Source: Candidatus Accumulibacter adjunctus (GTDB lineage Bacteria; Pseudomonadota; Gammaproteobacteria; Burkholderiales; Rhodocyclaceae). From it: 64,000 bases of DNA. The notes beneath the pieces are model-generated. The model did not search any database, had not been told where the DNA came from, and was given only the letters and a program-made list of their open reading frames with translations. The DNA lies in assembly GCA_000585015.1 (NCBI GenBank), contig JFAX01000001.1:64110-128109 (forward strand), written 5' to 3'. Of the stretch, positions 50,836-59,261 are shown piece by piece; the stretch's first letter is position 1, and each line of letters starts with the position of its first letter. A program made the translations under genes and the position numbers.

Positions 50836-51621
50836 TTAGATGGCAGAATCAAAAGAGCCCTTCGCGCGGCGGAATGCCGCGAGCCCGAAATGAAAGATGA
50901 CCCAAGAAAGCACGCCAACGAAGCCAAGGCCGACGGCGCTGGGGAATTCATGGGCAATGAGGATGGAGCGGTACGCGTCGGCAATCTGGTAAAAGGGATT
51001 GGCCAGCGAAACCCTTTGAATGATCGCAGGCATGCTGTCAAAAGGGTAAAAAATCGGGGTCATGAACATGATCGCCGTCAGCAGGGTAGGCAGAATCTGC
51101 AGGACGTCGCGGACGAATACGGCGATTGCCGACAGCCACATCCCGAGCGCGATGATCCAGAAAAACTGCAGCAACATCACCAGCGGCAGCAACACCACGT
51201 GCGCGGTGACGGGCGTTCCCGCCCACACGAACAACACGAAGAGGAAGAAGAGGCTGACCGCGAGATTCACGGCACCGACGAGAGCGCCGGCAATTGGCAG
51301 GAGCTCGGTCTTGAACGCCAGGTTCTTGACCAGCCCTGCTGCACCGACCACGGAACTCGCGGCACCCATGAGCGCTTCTGTTGTTGCAATCCAGGGCCCG
51401 TAGCCGGTGATGAGCCAGATGACGTAAGCGAGAGTCGTCTCGGAACCGGGCAGCCTGACCTTGAAGACGAAGCCAAAGATGTAGGTATAGAGGGCGAGCA
51501 TGAACAGCGGGTTGGATACGGCCCAGAAGCTCCCCAGGGAGGACCCGAGATAACGGTCGCGCAGATTCATCTTGAAGAGATTGATCAGCAGGCGGAAGTC
51601 GTAGCGAGTAAACCCGAACAC
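50836..51621 (-). CDS. wzm: ABC-2 type polysaccharide export permease (Wzm-like)
   Basis: ORF trimmed to the GTG at 51621, 8 nt after GGAG and 17 nt after the upstream stop. This gives 261 aa starting VFGFTRYDFRLLINLFKMNLRDRYLGSSLGSFWAV, the typical Wzm N-terminus, with six predicted TM segments. Confidence 0.82.
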   Translation of the reverse strand: MFGFTRYDFRLLINLFKMNLRDRYLGSSLGSFWAVSNPLFMLALYTYIFGFVFKVRLPGSETTLAYVIWLITGYGPWIATTEALMGAASSVVGAAGLVKNLAFKTELLPIAGALVGAVNLAVSLFFLFVLFVWAGTPVTAHVVLLPLVMLLQFFWIIALGMWLSAIAVFVRDVLQILPTLLTAIMFMTPIFYPFDSMPAIIQRVSLANPFYQIADAYRSILIAHEFPSAVGLGFVGVLSWVIFHFGLAAFRRAKGSFDSAI

Positions 51622-51638
51622 GGGGGCGTCTCCATTGA

Positions 51639-52853
51639 TCAGGCCTGCACCGAAGCCGTGATGGGGTAGTAAAGCATCGGCCTTCCACCCGCAGGCGGAA
51701 CCGGCGTGAAGACTTCGAACACCGTCGAGTGCTCGCAAAACGTGGCGGACGGGCTCTGCGCGGAGCCGAGAAAGAAAGCATCGAGTCGGTAAACGGCTGC
51801 TCCCAGGGTCAGAGGGGCAAACTCCAGTTCGATGCCCACCGCGCCACGCGCAGTGGAAAAGTCGGCCAAGGGGAAATCGCTCTGAAAAACCACCAAATCG
51901 TCGAGACGTACGATTCGTATGCGGCAAAGGGCGGGCTCCGCGAGATGATCGTGCCTGCCAGCAAGCCGAATCCGAAGCCTCGCATGCGCCTCTACGCGCG
52001 GCGAGCCCAAGTCGTCACCACCGGAGAGGAGCGAAACGCGGCCGATCTCACTTCCCGCCCGGTACGAGCGGCTCCCGACGTGCGCCCGGAATCTCGACAT
52101 CAGTGCGGCTTCATCCTCTGCACGGACCTCCTCGAGATAGGCATTCGTCACATGCAGCGGCGGGCCGTCCATGAGAATCTGCCCAGCCTTCATGTAAATG
52201 CAGCGATTGCAGATCTGTCTCACTGACTGCATGCTGTGGGAGACGAGAATGACGATCTTGCCCCGCGCACAGATTTCCAGGATGCGTTCCGTAGCCTTCT
52301 TGGAGAACGAAGCGTCACCAACGGCAAGTGCTTCGTCAATGATCAGTATTTCCGGAGCGACGTGTGAAATCATCGCAAACGCCAGGCGTGCCTTCATTCC
52401 AGTCGAATAAGTGCGGACCGGGTAGTCGATGAACTTGCCCAATTCCGCAAAGTCGATGATCTGCGCGGCGACCCGCTCGACCTCAGCACGCGACTTTCCC
52501 TGGATCTCACCATCAACGTAGATGTTCTCCCTACCGCTCAAGTCATCACGCAAACCCACACCCAGGGTCATGATCGAGGTCACCTTTCCGTTGACCCGAA
52601 TGGCCCCGGTTGTAGGCTCGCAGATGGCGGCAATCATGTGCAGGAGGGTGGACTTGCCGGCACCATTGCGTCCGATGATGCCGAGGCGATCGCCTTCCAC
52701 AATCCTCATGCTGATTCCGTCGACCGCAAGCTTGCCTCTGGGAACGGTCTCGTGCCCGGCGTCGCTGGTCATTGCAGCGACCAGTTCGCTGGTGGCCGAG
52801 CTGCCGACAGGGTACATCTTGGATACTTGCTGCAGCTCGACGAAGAGGCTCAT
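51639..52853 (-). CDS. polysaccharide ABC exporter ATP-binding protein (Wzt-like) with C-terminal extension, copy B
   Basis: 404 aa. Walker A GRNGAGKSTLL, signature YSTGMKARLAF, Walker B LIIDEALAVGD, then about 150 extra C-terminal residues. ATGA-coupled to copy A. Confidence 0.88.
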   Translation of the reverse strand: MSLFVELQQVSKMYPVGSSATSELVAAMTSDAGHETVPRGKLAVDGISMRIVEGDRLGIIGRNGAGKSTLLHMIAAICEPTTGAIRVNGKVTSIMTLGVGLRDDLSGRENIYVDGEIQGKSRAEVERVAAQIIDFAELGKFIDYPVRTYSTGMKARLAFAMISHVAPEILIIDEALAVGDASFSKKATERILEICARGKIVILVSHSMQSVRQICNRCIYMKAGQILMDGPPLHVTNAYLEEVRAEDEAALMSRFRAHVGSRSYRAGSEIGRVSLLSGGDDLGSPRVEAHARLRIRLAGRHDHLAEPALCRIRIVRLDDLVVFQSDFPLADFSTARGAVGIELEFAPLTLGAAVYRLDAFFLGSAQSPSATFCEHSTVFEVFTPVPPAGGRPMLYYPITASVQA

Positions 52854-54031
52854 ACTGCCTCCGCCGGAATTGGCCGCACCGTAAAAGGTAAGGTGACGGC
52901 AGCGGGAAAGGGTTTGCCTTCAACACGCAAGGTCAAACCATTCCCGTAGGTCCAGGATCGGCAATCGAGGCCGGCCTTCGGTCGCATTCCCGGCAATGGC
53001 CGCTGAGCCAGGAAAAGGTTCAGGGAATACTTGCCGGGTGCCAGCGGCAATGCCGGGATTCTGAACTCCACCGTGTAGTTGCCCGCTGTATCGGCTACCG
53101 GGTAGTACTCGGAAAGAATGACGATTTCCCAACCAACGCCAATACGCAACATTTCTACCGATATGGCCAGATCGACTGCCACATCGTCAAGAACCTCGAC
53201 CGGCAATCTGATGACCGAATCCTCACCGGAGCGCAGGACGAATTCTGTCGGGATGGTGTCCGGAAATCGTGCTGCTTCGGCCGGAGGAACACGCAGGTCA
53301 AGATAGCGGACGACCGCAGAATCACTCGAACCGACGAACGAAAAGCGGCCCTCGTCGATGACGCAGGCCTGTTCGCAGAGCTTGACGATGGCTGTCCAGT
53401 CGTGCGTGACGAGAACTCCGGAGGCGCCGCCGAGCAGGCGCTCGCGCATCCTGCGCCAGCACTTGGCCTGGAAGTGCTCGTCACCAACCGAAAGCAACTC
53501 GTCAATGAGGTAGATCTCGTGCTGGTAGGCTGTGGCCACGGCGAAGTACAACCGCGACGCCATTCCCGACGAATAGGTGCGAATGCGTTGATCGAAGGCA
53601 TCGCCCAGTTCCGAGAAGTCAGCGATATCTTCCAGAATATCCGCTACGCTGTCACCGGCGACGCCCATGAACTGCAGGTAGCGCGTGGCATATTCGCGGC
53701 CCGTGAGGTTGGGATTTCCCATGCCGCCCAATTCGAAAAGCCCGGCAACTTGCCCGTTGATCTCGATGCGGCCGGTCGTCGGCGTGTAGACCTGTCCGAG
53801 GAGGCGCAGCAAGGTACTCTTGCCCGCTCCATTCCGGCCGAGGACTCCGACGATCTTGCCGCGTGGGACAGTAAGGGATATGTCCCGCAAAGCCTCGACC
53901 ACTGGGCCACCCCCGTCCCGATCCATCCCGAGAAGTATGCGCCAGACACGCTGCTCGCGCTGTACGGCAAACGTCTTGCTGACGTTCGCGCAGCGCAAAG
54001 CAAAACCGGGAGATGGCTGCTCCATATCCAA
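52850..54031 (-). CDS. polysaccharide ABC exporter ATP-binding protein (Wzt-like) with C-terminal extension, copy A
   Basis: 393 aa from the TTG at 54031, or from the ATG at 54025. Walker A GRNGAGKSTLL, signature YSSGMASRLYF, Walker B YLIDELLSVGD, then about 150 extra C-terminal residues (APGKYSLNLFL). Confidence 0.88.
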   Translation of the reverse strand: MDMEQPSPGFALRCANVSKTFAVQREQRVWRILLGMDRDGGGPVVEALRDISLTVPRGKIVGVLGRNGAGKSTLLRLLGQVYTPTTGRIEINGQVAGLFELGGMGNPNLTGREYATRYLQFMGVAGDSVADILEDIADFSELGDAFDQRIRTYSSGMASRLYFAVATAYQHEIYLIDELLSVGDEHFQAKCWRRMRERLLGGASGVLVTHDWTAIVKLCEQACVIDEGRFSFVGSSDSAVVRYLDLRVPPAEAARFPDTIPTEFVLRSGEDSVIRLPVEVLDDVAVDLAISVEMLRIGVGWEIVILSEYYPVADTAGNYTVEFRIPALPLAPGKYSLNLFLAQRPLPGMRPKAGLDCRSWTYGNGLTLRVEGKPFPAAVTLPFTVRPIPAEAV

Positions 54032-54032
54032 C

Positions 54033-55706
54033 TCAGGCGCTTCGTCGCAAGAGGGGATCGCCAGCGAGCAGCGCGCCGTAGATCCGATCGAACCGTGCTG
54101 CCCCCGCCGAAGCGGAATGCCATTTCAGAGCGAAATCCCTGCTGCGCCGGCCGATCTCACGCCGCTTCTCGGGATCGGCAATCAGGTCGCGCAGGACAGA
54201 CTCGACGGTGTCCGGCGTCGCGCTGACAATGGGTAGTTCTTCGGCATAATCGGGGAGCTCCTCGCGCACGCTCTCCAGCCACTCGGGACGGATGAAGCAG
54301 ATTACCGGCTTCGCGAGCATCATCGCTTCACGGATGTTTGCGCCGAACCAGCCATACGTCAGCATGTCCAGGAAGATGTCTGCCTGCGCCTGCAGGAAGC
54401 GAACCTCCCTGTTGGGAATGCCGGTTGGCTCGATCAGGTCCAGTACCAGACCCTCGGTGCGGAAGCGCTCGATCAAGGGGAGATACACATGGGAGGACTT
54501 GATGTTGACTCCATCGCTACGGGTTCTCTCTTCGCGGCGTCCGACGGCGTGATAAAGACGCACCCCACCGTCAGGTAGCGACGGCAGACGATACTGCTCG
54601 GGAATCGCCATTTCCGGATGCCACAGTCCGGGATCCAGGCAGTAGAACTCCGGGACTTCGTGGACCCTTCGGTCGGCGTTGCAATCTACCCGGTTTCCGC
54701 CGAGCGTGCATTGAAAGTCAGCGACGGAGTTCCTGAACCGTCCCCAGGCGAGGTTGCGTTCGTCACTGCAGACTGAGGGCTCGTGTTGCCAGCGACAGAT
54801 CGAACAGACCGACTCCGGACCCCATTTGGAGAAGGCCGTCTGAGAAACGCCGTCGAGGCAACCGTTGTGCGAGTAGACCACCTTCTTCCCGAGTGCCTTG
54901 AGGAGGTGGATTTCCGCGTGCATCCCGAGGCGCTGTGCCACAGCCGACTGGACACCCCAGCCGAAAGCGATGCCATGGGCGTTTGAGAAATGGAAAACGT
55001 CGTAACCGTAGATGGCCAGAAGGTAGAAATCGAGCTCTCCTTCGAGACCCTCCGGGATATCACCGCCGAGGCGGTAATCCTCACCATGGTAGTAAATCCA
55101 GTTTGCAGGATTGCTGTCCCAGTTATAGACATCGGCTTTCCAACCGAGGTGGCGCAGGGCGCGCGAGAGATACCAGACGTTGTAATAGGACTGGCCGCAG
55201 AACAGCACCCGCCGGGACGCCAGCGCATCGAAAGCCGGCTTGAGGGTGTGCGCGGCGCAGTGGAGAAAGGAGATCTCGGCCAGCAGGTCGTCCGCTGCTG
55301 GGGAGTCGCAACGATCCACCGTCAGGCCGGCGGCCGACCGGACCAATCGGCGCAGTTCGCGGACAGGTGCATCCATGCTCGTGGGGTTTGCCGATCCTTC
55401 GGCGCCGACCGCGGCGCGAAGGGCTGCAACGCGGCCGGGGAGATCATGAAGACGACCAACGGATCGCAGCAGCTCGGCCTTGAGCTCGGTTTCCAGTTCC
55501 GCCCTGAGCTCGGCCCTGAGCTCGGCCTTGAGTTCCGCCATGGGCCCGGCCTTGAGTTCCGCCATGATCTCGGGTTTGAGCTCTGCCTTGAGGTCCGGCT
55601 TCAAGGATGAATTCAGCCTGCTCTTCAGCTCTTGCTTCAACTCGGCGGGTACGGTGTTGACGCCTGCACGCGCCACACGCTTGACAAGACGATCGTACGA
55701 CCCCAC
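54033..55706 (-). CDS. hypothetical protein: N-terminal (A/P)ELK tetrapeptide repeat region + glycosyltransferase-like GT-B C-terminal part
   Basis: 557 aa. Residues about 21-78 read ELKQELKSRLNSSLKPDLKAELKPEIMAELKAGPMAELKAELRAELRAELETELKAELL. The C-terminus (FLDMLTYGWFGANIREAMMLAKPVICF) resembles the sugar-donor half of GT-B enzymes. Confidence 0.6.
   Translation of the reverse strand: MGSYDRLVKRVARAGVNTVPAELKQELKSRLNSSLKPDLKAELKPEIMAELKAGPMAELKAELRAELRAELETELKAELLRSVGRLHDLPGRVAALRAAVGAEGSANPTSMDAPVRELRRLVRSAAGLTVDRCDSPAADDLLAEISFLHCAAHTLKPAFDALASRRVLFCGQSYYNVWYLSRALRHLGWKADVYNWDSNPANWIYYHGEDYRLGGDIPEGLEGELDFYLLAIYGYDVFHFSNAHGIAFGWGVQSAVAQRLGMHAEIHLLKALGKKVVYSHNGCLDGVSQTAFSKWGPESVCSICRWQHEPSVCSDERNLAWGRFRNSVADFQCTLGGNRVDCNADRRVHEVPEFYCLDPGLWHPEMAIPEQYRLPSLPDGGVRLYHAVGRREERTRSDGVNIKSSHVYLPLIERFRTEGLVLDLIEPTGIPNREVRFLQAQADIFLDMLTYGWFGANIREAMMLAKPVICFIRPEWLESVREELPDYAEELPIVSATPDTVESVLRDLIADPEKRREIGRRSRDFALKWHSASAGAARFDRIYGALLAGDPLLRRSA
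55470..55649. repeat. 12-nt in-frame tandem repeat (about 11 clear plus 4 degenerate units, consensus GAGCTCGGCCTT on + strand)
   Basis: Units were counted directly: cagctcggcctt, gagctcggtttc, cagttccgccct, gagctcggccct, gagctcggcctt, gagttccgccat, gggcccggcctt, gagttccgccat, gatctcgggttt, gagctctgcctt, gaggtccggctt, and so on. They encode the AELK repeats of the 54033..55706 CDS. Confidence 0.9.
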
Positions 55707-55730
55707 GGACTCTTCCTTGCGACCAATCGG

Positions 55731-56435
55731 TCATTCTACCGCCAGCAGCGCCCGTACTCCAGCTCTGCCGACATTTGCCAATGAATCGAGGATCGAGAGC
55801 CCCGGCAAGAAGTCGCCTCCACCTGCCTGTGGATACACGGGATGGCGAAAGCCCTGGTATGCCAGAGACACTCCGGCCCGGGCGAATGCTTCATCGTCCT
55901 GATAGCCGGAGGCTCCGCCGCCGCACAGGTAGCGTGTGCCGCCGACTCTGCGTGTCAGGTTGATCAACAGATCGCTCCCCTGCCCATCGCAGCCGAGAGA
56001 AGAGGACGTTACACAGTGGTCATACCGCAAGCCAATCTGCGCGGCGATCGCCTTGATCATCGCGCTGTTGTAGCGCGCCAGGTTGCTCTCCGGTGCAAGA
56101 ACCAGTGGCTCAAGCCAAGCCATGGTTTCCTTGTAGAACGGTGCTCGCGAGTACGTTGCTGTCAGTGTCTTCAGCAGCTTGCTGCGCCACGGCTGCTCGT
56201 CAGCCCATTCGATTTCGTTGATCGCCCGGACTCCATGGAAAGCTCGCTTGATCGGCCCGGTGACCCAACGTGCCTGGTCGCCACTGCGCAATCGTACGCG
56301 ATTGCACCAGACGCCGCCGGTCTTGGGGAACTGTACGTCATCAAGAAAGATGAACACGTCGCTGCGTGCGATCTTGTCGAAGTAACCGAGCCAGGGCAGA
56401 AAGTTGGGCTGGTGGATGGAAACCGTCCTGTTCAT
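55731..56435 (-). CDS. WbqC family protein
   Basis: Trimmed to the ATG at 56435 (MNRTVSIHQPNFLPWLGYFDKI, the hallmark WbqC N-terminus). The ATG overlaps the upstream stop (ATGA). Confidence 0.85.
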   Translation of the reverse strand: MNRTVSIHQPNFLPWLGYFDKIARSDVFIFLDDVQFPKTGGVWCNRVRLRSGDQARWVTGPIKRAFHGVRAINEIEWADEQPWRSKLLKTLTATYSRAPFYKETMAWLEPLVLAPESNLARYNSAMIKAIAAQIGLRYDHCVTSSSLGCDGQGSDLLINLTRRVGGTRYLCGGGASGYQDDEAFARAGVSLAYQGFRHPVYPQAGGGDFLPGLSILDSLANVGRAGVRALLAVE

Positions 56436-57739
56436 TCGTCGCGCTCGATCAATCCCATCACGGCCAAGTCGAGCCATCTGCCGTCAACCAGGACGGCCTC
56501 GGTCAATGAACCCTCGCGGACAAAGCCTGCTTTCTCGCAAGCACGGATGATCGACAGCTCTGTCTCGGCAGGGTGCAGGCAGATGCGATGAAGGCTCAGG
56601 TCCACGAAGGCAAACCGGCACAGGAGCCTGATCGCTTCGGCTGCGTACGCTTCGTGCGCAGAAGAGCCATCACTGATCCGGACCCGCAGTTCCGCGTTGC
56701 GGTGCCGCCAACCGATGTTCTGCAACCGGCAAGTGCCGATCGCCTTGCTGCTCGCCCTTTCCTCGATCACGAACAGCAGCCGATCCGTGCGTTCTGCAAT
56801 CGTTGCTTCCACCGTTGCCAAGTGGTCCTGCTCTGCACAATGGCGAGAAGCTGCATTCAGGATCCGCGCCTCGTCGTGCGACGACCATTCCTCAACGAGC
56901 GGCGCATCGGTTCGCCACAGGGGACGTAGGCGGACCGAGTCGGCCTCCAGGACGCATCCTCCCAACGGCCCGTACTTTAACGCCGTTACCTCGCACGGAG
57001 TAAAGTAGCGATCCATGCCGACGCGTCGGCCCTCTCCATCGACATAGAAAGCGGGCGGGAGCGGCGGCAGCAGAGCGCGGATATGATTGTAGATCGCAAC
57101 CACCGGTTGGCTCCATCTGAATAGTCCATCATCGGGAGTCCGCCGGCAGCAGTAGTTGGCGGCCCGCTCGTCCTGGTCGTGGGCAGTCCAGCTGCCAGAG
57201 AGGATCTGTGGCAGATTCGCTGCGATCAGCTCGTCTGTCGCTCGCGCAAGGCGATCACGCAGCGTCTGCCAAGTGTCCTCGAAGAGCAGCGCCACGCGCC
57301 GCTGCGCGATGATGGGCCCTTCGTCGATGCCGGATGTCAATTCGTGCAGGGTCACACCCGTCTCGGTGTCGCGGTTGATGATCGCCCACTGAATCGGATT
57401 GCAGCCCCGATTGCGGGGCAATAGCGCATGGTGGATATTGATGCCGCCGAGGCGCGACAGACTCAGAACGTCCGCCCGAATGATCATGCTGTAGGAGTTG
57501 ACCCAGATCAGGTCTGCGCCGAGTGCTTCAATTGCGCCCACGAAATGCGCATATTCCGGGCTACCCCATCGCGGCTGGACAAGGAAGGGCACCGTCATTC
57601 GCGCGGCAAGCTCCAGCAGATCATCGTGATACTGTGGTCTGACCGCAGCACCCACGATGCCAACCACGTGGCCCACGGGAAGATGACGGAGCAGTTGGGA
57701 AACCCCAGCAGCATCGCCAAAAAGCAGGATTCGCAACAC
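56432..57739 (-). CDS. fusion protein: sugar N-formyltransferase domain + GNAT N-acetyltransferase domain
   Basis: Start placed at the GTG at 57739 (VLRILLFGD), after GGAG. The ORF track start would overlap the upstream gene. Formyltransferase motif INIHHALLPRNRGCNPIQWAI with IDEGPII. The C-terminal 170 aa are RimJ/RimL-like GNAT (NAELRVRI, AEAIRLLCRFAFVDLSLHRI, IRACEKAGFVREG). Confidence 0.8.
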   Translation of the reverse strand: MLRILLFGDAAGVSQLLRHLPVGHVVGIVGAAVRPQYHDDLLELAARMTVPFLVQPRWGSPEYAHFVGAIEALGADLIWVNSYSMIIRADVLSLSRLGGINIHHALLPRNRGCNPIQWAIINRDTETGVTLHELTSGIDEGPIIAQRRVALLFEDTWQTLRDRLARATDELIAANLPQILSGSWTAHDQDERAANYCCRRTPDDGLFRWSQPVVAIYNHIRALLPPLPPAFYVDGEGRRVGMDRYFTPCEVTALKYGPLGGCVLEADSVRLRPLWRTDAPLVEEWSSHDEARILNAASRHCAEQDHLATVEATIAERTDRLLFVIEERASSKAIGTCRLQNIGWRHRNAELRVRISDGSSAHEAYAAEAIRLLCRFAFVDLSLHRICLHPAETELSIIRACEKAGFVREGSLTEAVLVDGRWLDLAVMGLIERDE

Positions 57740-57770
57740 TTTCGTCAGTCGCTCCAAAGGGTCAATGGGA

Positions 57771-59207
57771 TCAGCAAGGCAGGGCGAGCCGCTTCGCTCC
57801 TCCGTCGTCCCGCCCCGCCCCGGCCGTCTCTGGCCGCACTGCCGCGCCGGCGGCGAGACCCCCCGCGTGCTTCTGCAAGGCTTCCCACCTGTTTCGATAC
57901 GCCTCACAGATTTCGCAGCTGCCCTGCTTTTCAGGATCCCCGGCATCGTGCGGTCCTTGCCTCGTGTCCGCTGCATCGCTGGCAGACTCTTCCTGGCTCA
58001 GTCCGTCAAGGCCGATCGGCTCTCCCCTGCCCCACACCGCGAGCGACTCGATTCGCCCGCACAGCTCCACGCAATCTGCCTCAAGCGTTTCGTCTGCCGC
58101 CTCCGGCGCGCCTTGCGCCAAGCGGTCGCGGACCATCAGTGACCTCCTGTGGGCCGCATCGTGTGCCTCTCCCGCTGGCAGCCAGCTTCTTCCGCAAATG
58201 CATTTGAACAGGCTCAATCCATCGAAGCCAGCAATGGCCTGGTCGAGAAAACCACATACCTGCGCCACCGGAATCCGCCATTCCCCAATCAGGATTGCCT
58301 TGCAGATCCGCCTGAGCTGTGTTTCATGGAGTCGCGAAAGTTCGAGGAACAGCGTCGCGAAGCGCCTCATGTTCCACAGATAATCAAGGGCCTCGAAGAT
58401 TTCACGGTCAACCGATCGCAGAAAGCTGATCGACGCCGCCGTACCGGCGAAGTTCTCGCGACTGCAGTCCTCGATCGCTTGATCGTAGAACAGCATCGTC
58501 GCCCGGGCGCGACCGAAAGCGCAGCGGAAAACCCGCTGCCGCGGCGGCATGGCGCGTGATTGCCACCAGCCCGGGTGTGTCAGCACCTGCAGGCACGAAT
58601 CACTGGCCTCGCTCAGCACCTCTGACAAGCGACGAAAGCGCCAATATCCGTTCGAGTCGGAACAGTACGGCACCTCGGTCTTGAAGCGCCGTGAGTAGCA
58701 ATTGACGAGGCCGCCATAGGTTTCTGCCTCACAGCCGAGATGGAACGCGGTCGGGTTGTGAAAGCTGAAAACCGCGGGGCGTTTACCAAGCAACTCCTCG
58801 AGCAGCCGAGCCTCGCGGGCGATCTGGTCATGCAGTTCGTCCTCCGAGCGCGTGGCATGAAAGGCCGCATCGAAGTGCAGGCCGACCTCGTGACCCAACC
58901 CGAGCAGACTCTTCACGATTTCGAGTTGGCTACGCTCAAGCAGATTGTAGAACTCGCTGTGCGGATTCACGAAGAAGGTAGAATTCAGACCCTCATCGTG
59001 CTCCGCTCGTCCCACGGCGAGTGCCCGATTGAGGGAATAGTCGCAGTCGTGTCGCCAAAGGACGAAGCGTTGCCCCCATGGAATGCGGTCGTAGCTGGCA
59101 GGCGTGTACGAGGACAGGCAGAGGCGAACAAGACCATGATAGGCCTCGATCGTGAAGTCCTCGTCTTGCGGGGCTGCGTTCGGCGGCTGGTTATCTACCG
59201 ATATCAT
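57771..59207 (-). CDS. polysaccharide deacetylase-like protein (NodB-fold, WbmS/ArnD-like N-terminal half) with long C-terminal extension of unknown function
   Basis: ATG at 59207 after GGAAGGAAG. The N-terminal half has WRHDCDYS, LNSTFFV, GHEVGLHFD and SFHNP, as in divergent polysaccharide deacetylases. The family assignment is from memory of motifs only. Confidence 0.55.
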   Translation of the reverse strand: MISVDNQPPNAAPQDEDFTIEAYHGLVRLCLSSYTPASYDRIPWGQRFVLWRHDCDYSLNRALAVGRAEHDEGLNSTFFVNPHSEFYNLLERSQLEIVKSLLGLGHEVGLHFDAAFHATRSEDELHDQIAREARLLEELLGKRPAVFSFHNPTAFHLGCEAETYGGLVNCYSRRFKTEVPYCSDSNGYWRFRRLSEVLSEASDSCLQVLTHPGWWQSRAMPPRQRVFRCAFGRARATMLFYDQAIEDCSRENFAGTAASISFLRSVDREIFEALDYLWNMRRFATLFLELSRLHETQLRRICKAILIGEWRIPVAQVCGFLDQAIAGFDGLSLFKCICGRSWLPAGEAHDAAHRRSLMVRDRLAQGAPEAADETLEADCVELCGRIESLAVWGRGEPIGLDGLSQEESASDAADTRQGPHDAGDPEKQGSCEICEAYRNRWEALQKHAGGLAAGAAVRPETAGAGRDDGGAKRLALPC

Positions 59208-59261
59208 GTGCTTTTCTTCCTTCCTGCCACGAGAGCGCCAGAAAGACATCGCGTGTAATCT

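Noticed and set aside
55470-55649. Tandem repeat considered as a CRISPR-like or minisatellite non-coding array
   Set aside because: The units are only 12 nt, contiguous with no spacers, in frame, and inside a long ORF whose downstream part has clear protein features. It is a coding tetrapeptide repeat.
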